A stretch of 56,042 nt of DNA from Opitutaceae bacterium (GTDB taxonomy: Bacteria; Verrucomicrobiota; Verrucomicrobiia; Opitutales; Opitutaceae), in NCBI GenBank assembly GCA_035506315.1, contig DATJPQ010000254.1:1-56042 (forward strand), in the 5' to 3' direction. The notes under the pieces were generated by a model. It saw only the letters and a program-made list of their open reading frames with translations, was not told the DNA's origin and ran no database searches. Positions 1 through 9,489 of the stretch are shown here, one piece after another. The position numbers were made by a program, and so were the translations under genes. The stretch's first letter is position 1. Every line of letters starts with the position of its first letter.

Positions 1-360
1 TTGAACCACTAATGAACACTAATGGGCGCTAATTTCCGAAACGGCAGATTTCGGCAGTGGCAATGGGGAGTTAACCGCGAAGGGACGCGAAAGAACGCGA
101 AGACGGCGGACACCGAAGGGCATTGACCACAGATGCACACAGATGGACACGGATGCAGCCGTCGGGATCGGGAACCCAGAATTCGGATTTTTGCCCACGT
201 ACCGAGCGAAGCGACATCAGACATCACACGAATGGGCACGAATTGGTCTCTGCGATCTCTGCGGCCTTCTGTAAAATCTGGATCGAAGTTTTAACCGCGA
301 AAGGCTGCGAAGCGACGCGAACTCCGGATTGACGAGGATTAGCGTCAATTAGCGGGGTTC
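1..360. repeat. Non-coding mosaic of short tandem word repeats (REP-like intergenic filler)
   Basis: Tandem 8-10-nt words are visible: cactaatg-type x3 (4-29), cgcgaag-type x3 (75-104) and again 290-320, cacagatg-type x3 (127-157), attagcg x2 (337-354). Only short ORFs of unconvincing composition lie here. The same words recur in other intergenic regions of the window. Confidence 0.6.
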
Positions 361-365
361 CCTGC

Positions 366-401
366 AAAAAAAAGAGCGCCGGGCGGTGAGGCCCGGCGCT
401 C
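366..401 (-). terminator. Rho-independent terminator downstream of the TonB-dependent receptor gene
   Basis: Minus strand: perfect 11-bp stem GAGCGCCGGGC/GCCCGGCGCTC (374-384 and 391-401), 6-nt loop, then T8 (366-373). It sits ~50 nt past the stop codon at 451. Confidence 0.8.
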
Positions 402-450
402 AAAGGGAACAGGCGATACAGCAGCATCGCCTGGTGATATTATGATGATC

Positions 451-3400
451 TTAGAACCTGATGGTATTTGTGATCAGGTAGGTCTGGCCCATCTCGATGC
501 GCTGCTGCGCCCACGTGCCATCGGGCTCGACGCTGACCGGTACCAGGTGCGGGCTCTCGCCGACATTGGAGATGCTCAGCTGAATCTTCCAATCGAGCTT
601 GGAGGACAGCTTGTACGAGTAACCGACCCACAAATCGGCGTGTTCTTCGATTTTGCCGTAGAGCGGCTTCTTGACGTCCATGATCCAACCGATATTGCCG
701 AGCGGATCGGTGAACTGGCTGATCCCGTAGCCGAGGATCGGCTTCGAGGCCCAACGGAGGCCACCACCCACATTGAAGCCCTTGAGCGAGCCCGTCTTGA
801 AGGTGTAGTTCGTGATACCCTTGGCGTTCCAGCGGGCCAATTCCGGCTGCATCGTGTTCGTTTGGGCCGTCTGGAGCTGGTAGGCGGACCAGATGTTCTG
901 CAAGAAGTAACCCTTGAGCGTGCTGGTCGGGGGGAGGGAATAGGGCGTAGTCGCAGTGTTAACACCGCCACCCCAGAAACCCCAGAGCGGCAGGTTGCCG
1001 GCGGGACCATTGAAGAACTGGTATTCCCTCTGGATGAAGGCGGAATCCGCCGATCCAAGTGCGGTCTGGACGGCATCCACCTTGGAGACATTGAAGGTCA
1101 GGTCCCAGTTGGAGACCGGCCGCACGGTGACTTCGAGTTCATATCCCTTCGACGTGATATCCTGGCTGACGATCGGGAACGAACCGTTGATCTTGCCGCT
1201 GCCCGTGTTGGCGATGTACCACGGGAAGGTGATCGGGCTGGCATTCGGCTGGTTGTATACGTTGAGCCAATTGCCAGTGGTGACCGCGTTCACATTGACT
1301 CCGAGGCCGTAGGCATCGAAGAAGGATTGCGGGAAATACCTGGCGAAGTTGGTCTTCCAGTCGTTAACGGCCGCCACCTGAAGGTTGTGGATCGTATTAC
1401 TGCCATCATCCGGGTGGCCCGTGAAACCCCAGTCGTTGATCGCCGCAGGCCATGCGGCTACCGCCATTCCGCTCGCAGCCGCGTCGGCCGCGCCCCATGC
1501 CGGCAGGAGGTACAGGTAATAGCCGTTGTTGCCGAGAGGATCGGCCGCACCCGAACCCGCCTGAGCGCTTTGATCGATGGTCTTGAAATAAGTCAGCCGG
1601 ATGGTGGCATGCCCTTTGAGGGTATCAACCTGGATTCCGTAGTCGTCGGTCTTGCCGGTCTCGTTGGGCAGCAGGCTGGCATCGAACGCATAGCGTATCT
1701 TCGGAGTCTCGTTATTGCCATGGAAGTAGTAGAGACTCACGTCCGTGTCGCCCGGCAGCTTGCCGCGGAGGGACGGCGGAAGGTGCAGGGTCACGCCGTA
1801 GCTGTTCGAGGTCGTGGTGGTTGTGGCGCCGGCACCCGTGATCGCGTAGTTCATGCTGGCGACAGCGGTACTGGGATCCAACGGAGCATTGGCGGAAGTC
1901 TGGGTGACCGTGTCACGCCTCCAGCCGAACTCGGGGATGATCATGTCGTCCCACAGGTGACCCTGATACATGAAGGCCGCCGACTTCAACTTCTGCTCGG
2001 TCTTTGAACCCGACTGGTACAGGTCGCTGATGTTCTGTTTCCAGTTGAGCACGTTGACCGGAGCATTCGACCAGCCCCGGTAGTTGGCAGGATTATTGGC
2101 CTGGGTGCTGGCGCCGCCATACGGCGAAGGATCCGTCCATGCGTCGCCTGCATTCACTCCAGCGGGTGGCGCCCACGTGGTGTTGAAGTTCAGGATCGTT
2201 CCACTGGTCGGCCAGATCGGGTTGGCGACGTTGCTGAGGTTCAGCCCGGCAGGAGATGTCGTGCTGACCATGCTGGGTCCGAGGTAGGACACCCACGCGA
2301 TAGCGCGGTTGGCGCTGATCTTGCCCAGCGGATCGCCCATCAAGGCGGCAAAGGTTGTATCCGTGGCAAAGCCGCTCCAAGTACGGTCTTCGATCTTGGT
2401 CGTGTATAAGCCGCCCAAGGCGGTGAACGAGTGATGGCCAAAGATCCTCGCGGCCATCGAATCCTTGTCCATGATATCCTCGGCCCGCAGGTCGCCGTTG
2501 GCGGTCACCTGGTAATTGTCGTGAACATAACGGGCGTCGTTGTCTCCGGAGCCAAAGTCGCCCGCGACGAAGGCCCGACCCGCATTCGGATTCGCGACGG
2601 CCAAGCTCGGATACCACGAGGGATACCTGATGCTGTAGGCATCCATATCCACGGAGATAAACGGCTCCGTGTATCCAAACATTCCCGCCTGGCCCTGGGT
2701 GAATTCCTGGTGATCGATGACACCCTGGAAGGCGAGGCGGCCGTGCAGGAGAGTTTGTTCAACCTTGATATTGTAGGCCTTCCAATTCTGCCACTCTTCC
2801 TTGTTTGGACCGTCGATCAACTTGCCATAGAAGTCGAAGATCGACGGGTTGGTCAGTGACTTGTCGTTGTAAGTGACCGTCCCGGCATAGGCCCCATGGA
2901 ACGAACTCGCAGTCGTGTCCGCGCCATTGACCAGAGTCCGGTAGTTCACGGTTTTGGCGAAGTTGGCAAAGCCCGAGGTGTAGAGACCTGCCGCTTGAGG
3001 GAAGCCGCCGATGGTAGATCCAGATATGCCGATTGGACCGTTCAAGGTCGTCATGGCCTGCAGCAGACTGCCGGTCTTGGCATCGTACCAATACGCTGCG
3101 TTGGGACCGGGCCAAATATAGTGATAATCCTGGGCGTTGATCCAAGGATTCAGGGTCGCGACGGCTGGGGCGGCACCCGTGCCCGAGAAGGAACCGACTC
3201 CGGTGAGTTGTTGACCCGTGTTGAGGAGGAACGGATCGTACCCTCCCTTGTTCAGCCCGCCTCCGGAAAAGTAGCCCGTGATGAAGTCCATCGGGGGCAG
3301 CTCGCGCGGGTTGTTGGATGTCACCCGTCCGCTCTCGGCGTTGACCTCGATCTTAAAAGTGCTGGACTCATTGTTCAGAGCCTTCGGATCGTAACGAAGG

Positions 3401-4200
3401 GCCGCAAAGGCGCGCTGCGCATGATTGAATGCCGGCTTCTGCTTGTACTGGGTGTCGTCGTTGAGCAGGTCGATCCGTATGGCCAGCTCTTTGGGCAGGA
3501 GCACCTTGTTGTAATCCAAGGACTCGCGGGTGGTGCCGAAACTGCCGAAGCGAACCTCGGCTGAGCCCTTGTCCTTAAAGAGCGCCGCATTGGTGGAATA
3601 GTTCGAAATGCCCGACGGGCTTCCGACACCGAACAGGAAGGAGTTTGGTCCGCGGGAGATGTCGACGCGGTCAATGTTGAAGGAATCCCACGGGATCTCG
3701 CTCCCGAAATAATTCCTCGTGTTGTCCATGGGGCTAAGCCCGCGGGCACGGTTGATCGAATTCGGATTCAAGAGACGTCCGGCCTCGGCATTGCTACTGA
3801 CGCCGGAACCCCGGGCGGCGACACCCGAAAAGTTTCCGTTCAGTCCCGCAGCCTCGGTGTTGGTCGTATAGATCAACAGCTGCTGGGCATTGGTGATGCC
3901 CGTATCTTGCAGGAAGCTTTGCGTGATGACTGACAGCGACGAAGGCGTGTCGGCCAGCTTGGTCTTGACGCGCGCACCACCCAGGGTGTCCACCGCGCGG
4001 AAGCCTTCGGTCTGTTCCGTCACTGAAAACGGGCTCAGCACAATGGTTTCATCCGCCATCGTGGTCGAGGCTGGTTGGACCGCGGTTGTATTCGGAGTCG
4101 GTTGGCTGGCTGCAGCAGTCTGCCCGAGCATGCTCGGAACAGCCGCGAGGCTGACAATAACGGCGTATACGACGCCCCTTAACGTTTTTGGACGTGTCAT
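451..4200 (-). CDS. TonB-dependent outer-membrane receptor/transporter (1249 aa)
   Basis: Signal peptide MTRPKTLRGVVYAVIVSLAAVPSMLGQ. Plug-domain signature IVLSPFSVTE...DTLGGARVKT...DTPSSLSVIT...NIDRVDISRGPNS. Long beta-barrel-like body and a terminal aromatic residue (...TNTIRF). Confidence 0.85.
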   Translation of the reverse strand: MTRPKTLRGVVYAVIVSLAAVPSMLGQTAAASQPTPNTTAVQPASTTMADETIVLSPFSVTEQTEGFRAVDTLGGARVKTKLADTPSSLSVITQSFLQDTGITNAQQLLIYTTNTEAAGLNGNFSGVAARGSGVSSNAEAGRLLNPNSINRARGLSPMDNTRNYFGSEIPWDSFNIDRVDISRGPNSFLFGVGSPSGISNYSTNAALFKDKGSAEVRFGSFGTTRESLDYNKVLLPKELAIRIDLLNDDTQYKQKPAFNHAQRAFAALRYDPKALNNESSTFKIEVNAESGRVTSNNPRELPPMDFITGYFSGGGLNKGGYDPFLLNTGQQLTGVGSFSGTGAAPAVATLNPWINAQDYHYIWPGPNAAYWYDAKTGSLLQAMTTLNGPIGISGSTIGGFPQAAGLYTSGFANFAKTVNYRTLVNGADTTASSFHGAYAGTVTYNDKSLTNPSIFDFYGKLIDGPNKEEWQNWKAYNIKVEQTLLHGRLAFQGVIDHQEFTQGQAGMFGYTEPFISVDMDAYSIRYPSWYPSLAVANPNAGRAFVAGDFGSGDNDARYVHDNYQVTANGDLRAEDIMDKDSMAARIFGHHSFTALGGLYTTKIEDRTWSGFATDTTFAALMGDPLGKISANRAIAWVSYLGPSMVSTTSPAGLNLSNVANPIWPTSGTILNFNTTWAPPAGVNAGDAWTDPSPYGGASTQANNPANYRGWSNAPVNVLNWKQNISDLYQSGSKTEQKLKSAAFMYQGHLWDDMIIPEFGWRRDTVTQTSANAPLDPSTAVASMNYAITGAGATTTTTSNSYGVTLHLPPSLRGKLPGDTDVSLYYFHGNNETPKIRYAFDASLLPNETGKTDDYGIQVDTLKGHATIRLTYFKTIDQSAQAGSGAADPLGNNGYYLYLLPAWGAADAAASGMAVAAWPAAINDWGFTGHPDDGSNTIHNLQVAAVNDWKTNFARYFPQSFFDAYGLGVNVNAVTTGNWLNVYNQPNASPITFPWYIANTGSGKINGSFPIVSQDITSKGYELEVTVRPVSNWDLTFNVSKVDAVQTALGSADSAFIQREYQFFNGPAGNLPLWGFWGGGVNTATTPYSLPPTSTLKGYFLQNIWSAYQLQTAQTNTMQPELARWNAKGITNYTFKTGSLKGFNVGGGLRWASKPILGYGISQFTDPLGNIGWIMDVKKPLYGKIEEHADLWVGYSYKLSSKLDWKIQLSISNVGESPHLVPVSVEPDGTWAQQRIEMGQTYLITNTIRF

Positions 4201-4421
4201 GGAGTTCTACAGGTTTTCGGGGTTGGTGCCACTTGCAGGAAAAGAAGAGGCAGACTACGGCCGCCAGCTTACGCGGATGAGCGACCGGAGGGAATGAGTT
4301 CGCTTGCTTGGCAATTGAGAACTCTTGCCGCTCCCCCCCGGTGCCGGTCAAGCGCCCCTACGGGCCTCGTTTCACTCTGTCGCCACCCGTGCGGCGCCGG
4401 CGGGGGCGCCGTCGACCACGA

Positions 4422-5705
4422 TCACCGTATTCCCCCGGCTTGATTCTTTTTGCGATACTCGCCGGGCGATTTACCGGTAAACCGCTTGAAGACGACGCAC
4501 ATGTACTCAATATGTTCGAAGCCAGTAAGTTCGGCGATCTTCTTCAGCGGGAAGTCCGTTTCCAACAGGAGCTGCTTGATCTTGGCCAGCTGGACGCGCC
4601 GGATTTCCGCCTGCGGCGAACGGCCGAAGTAGCGGCGGAATTTCTTTTCGAGCTGGCTGCGCGAGGCGCAGGCCTGCCGCACCACGAGGTCGACGGAGAT
4701 GCCCTGGCAGGCGTGTTCGCGAATGAAACTGAGCGCGGCCGCGACGTTGCGGTCCTCGATGGCGAGCATGTCGCTGGAATGGCGGATCACGACGCCGGTC
4801 GGCTCGATCCGCAGGTCGGTCACCGTGGGGCGGCGGCCGGCCATGAGGTGCGCGAGACACTCGGCGGCCTGGTAACCGGACTGAAAGCTGTTGGTCGCCA
4901 CGCTCGAAAGGGGGGGGTACGAGAGGTCGCAGCGAATCGCGTCGTTGTTGGCGCCGAGCACGGCGATCTCCTCGGGCACCAGCAAATCCGCCGCCTGCGC
5001 CGCACTGATCACCTCGAGCGCCCGGAGGTCATTGCACGTCATGATCGCGGCCGGCTTGGGCAGTCCGCGCAGCCAGGCCGCCAGCGCCTTCGTTTGCCGC
5101 GCATCCCAAAACGGCGTGAGGTCGCCCGGCCACCTGACATCGTATATGTTCGCGGTGTGACCGGCGAGCTGCAGGGCCTCGACGAAGCCATCGCGGCGCT
5201 CGCAGGACCAGGTATTGTTGCTGAAGCCGCAATAGCCAAAATGCTGATAACCGCGCTCGATAAAATGCTCGGCGCCGAGATGGCCGACCCCCACGTTGTC
5301 CGGCCGGATTTTCGGTACCCCGGGAATCGGCGGCGTGTCGTCGTTGAGATCGACCAGCGGCACGTGCAACTCCGCGCAGGCCTTCACCAGGGCGGGGGTC
5401 GTGTGCCGGCTGATGACGCCATGCCATTGTTTGCTGCGCAGCCAGCGCGGATCGGTCGTTGCGCGCGCCTCGTCGTCGAGGAACGAGGCCCAGGGGCGGT
5501 GCGATCGCTCATATTGGGCGATGCCCTTCAACATCGCCGTGGAGTCGTCGAAGCGGGTCAGGAAAACGAGCAAAACCTGGAGCCTCACGGTGTCCACGGT
5601 GCGGAGTCGCCCGGGGAAGGCAAGCCCACGGGCGGGGCGGCCGGCGCACCGCCTGGGCGCGGCCACGGTCGCGCCCGCATGGCCGCCCTCGTGACGCCAG
5701 CTCAT
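4422..5705 (-). CDS. XylR-type transcriptional regulator (periplasmic-binding-protein-like sensor domain + AraC HTH)
   Basis: The C-terminus has a typical AraC HTH (QLEKKFRRYFGRSPQAEIRR...IAELTGFEHIEYMCVVFKRFTGKSPGEYRK). The N-terminal ~270 aa resemble the sugar-binding fold of XylR-like regulators. ATG 5705 overlaps the stop of the upstream transporter gene (ATGA at 5702-5705). Confidence 0.75.
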   Translation of the reverse strand: MSWRHEGGHAGATVAAPRRCAGRPARGLAFPGRLRTVDTVRLQVLLVFLTRFDDSTAMLKGIAQYERSHRPWASFLDDEARATTDPRWLRSKQWHGVISRHTTPALVKACAELHVPLVDLNDDTPPIPGVPKIRPDNVGVGHLGAEHFIERGYQHFGYCGFSNNTWSCERRDGFVEALQLAGHTANIYDVRWPGDLTPFWDARQTKALAAWLRGLPKPAAIMTCNDLRALEVISAAQAADLLVPEEIAVLGANNDAIRCDLSYPPLSSVATNSFQSGYQAAECLAHLMAGRRPTVTDLRIEPTGVVIRHSSDMLAIEDRNVAAALSFIREHACQGISVDLVVRQACASRSQLEKKFRRYFGRSPQAEIRRVQLAKIKQLLLETDFPLKKIAELTGFEHIEYMCVVFKRFTGKSPGEYRKKNQAGGIR

Positions 5706-7261
5706 GTGATGGCGGGCGGCGGGGTTTCGCTCGCACGGCGCGTCTTCAGCTCGGCGGTGATTTTATTCATGCGGGCCTCGTTGAGCGGATAGAAGGCGAC
5801 GCATAAAATCGAAACGACGCCGACGACCGCGGGGATGACGCTCATCAACATCCGGAGGCCGTGCAGCGTGTCGGGGGTCGGAACGACATTCGCCTTGAAG
5901 CCGACGCTCGCCATCAGGCTCAGCGCCACCCAGGCGCCGATGGCCCAGCCCTGTTTCTGCGAAAAGATCGACGCCGAGAAGATCAGGCCCGTGGCGCGCC
6001 GGCCGCGCTTCCATTCCGCGTAATCGGCGGTGTCGGCGTACATCGCCCAGAGCAGCGCACTGAGCGGTCCGCCGGTGATCGAACCGAGCAGGTTGATCGC
6101 AAAAATCAGGCCGATCTGGTCCGGCTTGAGGAGGTAAAATGACGCCGTGCTGACGATCGCGACGACAAAGATGCTGATGAAGGCGACCTTTTTGCCGAGC
6201 AGGTTGGCGACGTAGGGCAGGAGGACAACACCGAGCAGCGAGGCGATCTGGCCGGTGCCGTTGAACCACGAGACGATTTCCTCGAACTGCCACTGCTGGG
6301 TCCCGCCGATTTTCGGCAGCCAGGACGGCAGCGTGATCGTTTGCGTGCCGACATAGTATTTGAAGTAGTGCACGGTCACGCTGCCGCGGGCCGCGACGTA
6401 GAGAATGAACGTGATCGTCGCCGCGAGCAGGACCAGCCAGGGGACATTGGTGACAAGATCGACGAGATCCCGGCCCACGGACGTCTTTTGGGCGGGCGGC
6501 GGCTGAACGCGTTCACGGGTGTTCAAGAAGGTGGTCAGGAACAGCGCGACGACAGCGACGCCGATGATGACAAACGCCATCTGCCAGCCATGCGCCTCGC
6601 CCCCGTTGGCGCCGAGCCGCTTGACCCCCGGGAGCAGGCAGAACGAAATGATGATGCCGCCGGTGAAAGCGCCGATGAACTTGATCGACGAGAGCGCGGT
6701 GCGTTCCTTGGGATTGGGCGTCAACACCCCCAGCATCGCCGTGTAGGGGATATTGATGGCGGTGTAGAGGATCATCAGCGCGTTGTAGGTCAGGATCGCC
6801 CAGATGAGTTTGCCGGTGACCTCTTGCTTCAACGTATCAGCCATGACGGCCATGCCATGCGGGAGGATGGAGGCCAGGATTCCGAGGATTCCCCGCATGA
6901 GACCGCCGAAAGCACCCTCGAGGTTCGCGGCGACGGTGGTTCCCGGGGTGGTAAACGTCATCACGCCCGCGACGGCAAAGGGCACGCAAATCCACAACAG
7001 GTAGGGCCGGTATTTGCCCCAACGGGACTGGGTGCGGTCGCCGAGCATGCCCACGATCGGATCGAAGAAGGCATCGAGCGAACGGCTTAAGCCGAGCATG
7101 GCGCCCGCCGCCAGCGCACTGATGCCGAACACGTCCGTGTAATAATACGTCAGGTAGAGCATGAACGTCTGCCAGAAGAGGCAGGACGCCAGATCCCCGA
7201 AGCTATAGGAAAATTTTTCGCGGACGCTGAGTTTTTCGAACGGGGCGGAGGTCGTCGTCAT
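5702..7261 (-). CDS. MFS glycoside-pentoside-hexuronide (GPH) family sugar:cation symporter
   Basis: 519 aa, hydrophobic throughout (about 12 TM-like segments). GPH-type N-terminus KLSVREKFSYSFGDLAS...FDPIVGMLGDRTQSRWGKYRPY. Confidence 0.8.
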   Translation of the reverse strand: MTTTSAPFEKLSVREKFSYSFGDLASCLFWQTFMLYLTYYYTDVFGISALAAGAMLGLSRSLDAFFDPIVGMLGDRTQSRWGKYRPYLLWICVPFAVAGVMTFTTPGTTVAANLEGAFGGLMRGILGILASILPHGMAVMADTLKQEVTGKLIWAILTYNALMILYTAINIPYTAMLGVLTPNPKERTALSSIKFIGAFTGGIIISFCLLPGVKRLGANGGEAHGWQMAFVIIGVAVVALFLTTFLNTRERVQPPPAQKTSVGRDLVDLVTNVPWLVLLAATITFILYVAARGSVTVHYFKYYVGTQTITLPSWLPKIGGTQQWQFEEIVSWFNGTGQIASLLGVVLLPYVANLLGKKVAFISIFVVAIVSTASFYLLKPDQIGLIFAINLLGSITGGPLSALLWAMYADTADYAEWKRGRRATGLIFSASIFSQKQGWAIGAWVALSLMASVGFKANVVPTPDTLHGLRMLMSVIPAVVGVVSILCVAFYPLNEARMNKITAELKTRRASETPPPAIT

Positions 7262-7367
7262 GGGGCGGCTGGGAAGGCCAAAATTCAGATAAGTTCAGAG
7301 TCCGCCACGGCGGGCGGCGCGCTGCCGGCGGATCCGGCCACGACCGCGGCGCGGCGGCGGCCGGCGT

Positions 7368-8351
7368 TCAGATTGGGTGGGCCTTCACAAAGTCGACGAT
7401 GTCCTGCGCCTGGCAGAAGCAAAGGGCGGAGACCGTGTCGGCCGCGCCGTAGTAGATCGCGATCCGGCCGGTCGGCGCGTCGCACAGGCAGCCGACCGGG
7501 AAACAAACCCCCGGCACGAACCCGGCCAGTTCGTAAGGGGCCTCCGGCACGAGCAGCGCCTGGTTGCCGCAGGCGATGACCTTCCACGGTTGCTCAAGGT
7601 CGAGCAAAGCCGCGCCCATCGAATAGACGTAGCCGTTGCACGTCGTGGTGACGCCATGGTAGAAAAGCAGCCAGCCTTCGCTGGTCTCGATCGGCGACGG
7701 ACCGGCGCCGATTTTCGTGCCCTGCCACCACGGACCGCCGCGGCTCATGACGTGCCGGTGCCGGCCCCAATGCACCAGATCGGTGCTCTCGCTGATGAAG
7801 ATATCGCCGAAGGGCGTGTGGCCGGTATCGCTCGGCCGGCTGAGCATGAGAAATCTTTCGCCGAACTTGCGGGGGAAGAGCACCCCGTTCCGGTTATAGG
7901 GCAGGAACGCGTTTTCCAGCTGCTCGAAGCGTTTGAAGTCAGTCGTGCGCGCGATGCCGATGGTCGGGCCATGATAGCCGTTGCACCACGTCACGTAGTG
8001 CACGCCATCGATCGGCGTGACCCGTGGATCGTACGCGTACTCGTGCCGCCGTACCTCCTCGTCCTCGCAATGGAAAACGATCGGCTTCGGCTCGAACGTC
8101 CATTTCAGGCCGTCCGGGCTGCGTCCGACGTGCAGGTGCGGTACGCGGTCCATGCCTTCGGTGCGGAACACGCCGGTGAACTGGCCCGCGAAGGGCACCA
8201 CCGCGCTGTTATAGATGCCGGTCACGCGCGGCAACGGCCGCCGGCCGATGACCGGGTTGGCGTCGTAGCGCCAGACCAGGTCTTCACACCCGGCAGGTCG
8301 TTGCTGCCAGGGCATATTCGGGATCGCCGGACTGGTGATGGCTAGTTTCAT
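7368..8351 (-). CDS. GH130 family beta-mannoside phosphorylase/hydrolase
   Basis: Motifs YNRNGVLFPRKF, MLSRPSD and PIETSEGWLLFYHGV are typical of GH130. No signal peptide. Start placed at ATG 8351 (MKLAITSP...); the longest ORF runs to 8453, so the start is uncertain. Confidence 0.75.
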   Translation of the reverse strand: MKLAITSPAIPNMPWQQRPAGCEDLVWRYDANPVIGRRPLPRVTGIYNSAVVPFAGQFTGVFRTEGMDRVPHLHVGRSPDGLKWTFEPKPIVFHCEDEEVRRHEYAYDPRVTPIDGVHYVTWCNGYHGPTIGIARTTDFKRFEQLENAFLPYNRNGVLFPRKFGERFLMLSRPSDTGHTPFGDIFISESTDLVHWGRHRHVMSRGGPWWQGTKIGAGPSPIETSEGWLLFYHGVTTTCNGYVYSMGAALLDLEQPWKVIACGNQALLVPEAPYELAGFVPGVCFPVGCLCDAPTGRIAIYYGAADTVSALCFCQAQDIVDFVKAHPI

Positions 8352-9245
8352 GAGATTGCGGGAAGCGCGGGAAGAACCCGTTGGAATCGCCGGGTGGGCG
8401 GGTGCCCGCCGCGACCGGAGCGGGGCGCCGACAGTTATAACGTCATTGTTCATGGGGGCACGGTTTCATCGTTCAGCGGGTAACCGACGCGAGCATAGAG
8501 CTTCCCCCGGAGCGGTGGAATGAGTCTGGTTGCTCCCTTATTGAGATTGGTTGCGCAGCGGGGCGCCGGACGACCGGCCCTTGTACGCATCCTGGCGGCC
8601 GATACCGCCCCGCTATGGCCCTTGGTCGCGTTCGGCCGATCGGGTTGCGGGCCGGACCGTTTGCAGCCCGCGGGAAGCCCCGGCCGGCCGATCGCCCAGG
8701 GGGATAAGTTTCGGCAAATTCATGGGCGGGCAATACAAATTGACGGAATACACCGCTCGAAAGGCAGTATTTAGGCAATACACTAAATAAAGATAATAAA
8801 CATTTAATGTAACTACAACCGGGTTTAAGACTGTCGCAAGGCAGCTTAAAAGTGCCCATGCTTTGTCCCAACGGTAAACCGAAGAATTGAGCTTATAATC
8901 ATGACGCGAGACCGACGGTCCCACCGCCCGCAATCTCGCGCCCATCGATTCAGTCCGCAAATCGCATCAACTTTTGCGCCCGGTCCTGGGGTCGAGGGCC
9001 GGCCGTGATTTTTCGTTAAATCGTTTTGCCCGGCAAACTCGGCCGAGGCGGTTGTCTGATAATTGAGATTCTTTACATGCGGCTTTGGGGGCGGCACGAA
9101 ATGCCAAACCTGCATTCGTTTGCGTTTCCCGGGGGTCGAGGCCGTGGGGCGGTTTCCTGCGGGACGTTATGCCTTTAGTCAGGTCGTACCTAGACTTCTG
9201 GACATTTGTCCGGCAGTTCTCGTGGTGCGACCATGCGGCAGCTGC

Positions 9246-9396
9246 ATGATTAAAAAGCACTGCTCCTTGCCCTGTCTTCGCCCGGCCTGCTCGCCGGGCC
9301 CGGATTACGCGTCATCGACGCGGATGTTCCAAAAAGCAAGGGCCCGATGAATCGGATGTACAACTTCTGCGTCGGGGCTGGACGCGCCAACGAGGG
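9246..9396 (+). pseudogene. Remnant of the 5' end of a GH39 paralogue (signal-peptide region + ~30 codons, frameshifted)
   Basis: 9308-9396 translates to RVIDADVPKSKGPMNRMYNFCVGAGRANEG. This matches residues RVIDADLANARGATSRMYNFCVGAGRANEG of the intact GH39 gene (12488-12576) at a constant offset of 3180 nt, roughly 70% nt identity by eye. The ATG at 9246 (MIKKH...) is in a different frame, and there is no GH39 body downstream. Confidence 0.7.
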
Positions 9397-9489
9397 ACGG
9401 TGGGTCCATGGCGAAGAAAGGTCGCCCGGGCGGCGCCGGAGCAAGATTCGCATATTGCATGCCGGCAACGCAGCCACCAAATCTTCGCC

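Noticed and set aside
8740-8773. TTGACG (8740-8745) plus TATTTA (8768-8773) as a sigma-70 promoter in the long divergent spacer.
   Set aside because: The spacer between the hexamers is ~22 nt and there is no properly spaced -10 element. This is not supportable without transcription start data.
9400-9489. The GTG at 9400 as the GH2 start codon.
   Set aside because: It would add 30 non-hydrophobic residues in front of a clear signal peptide, and it lies within the decayed GH39 remnant. ATG 9490 gives a standard signal peptide.
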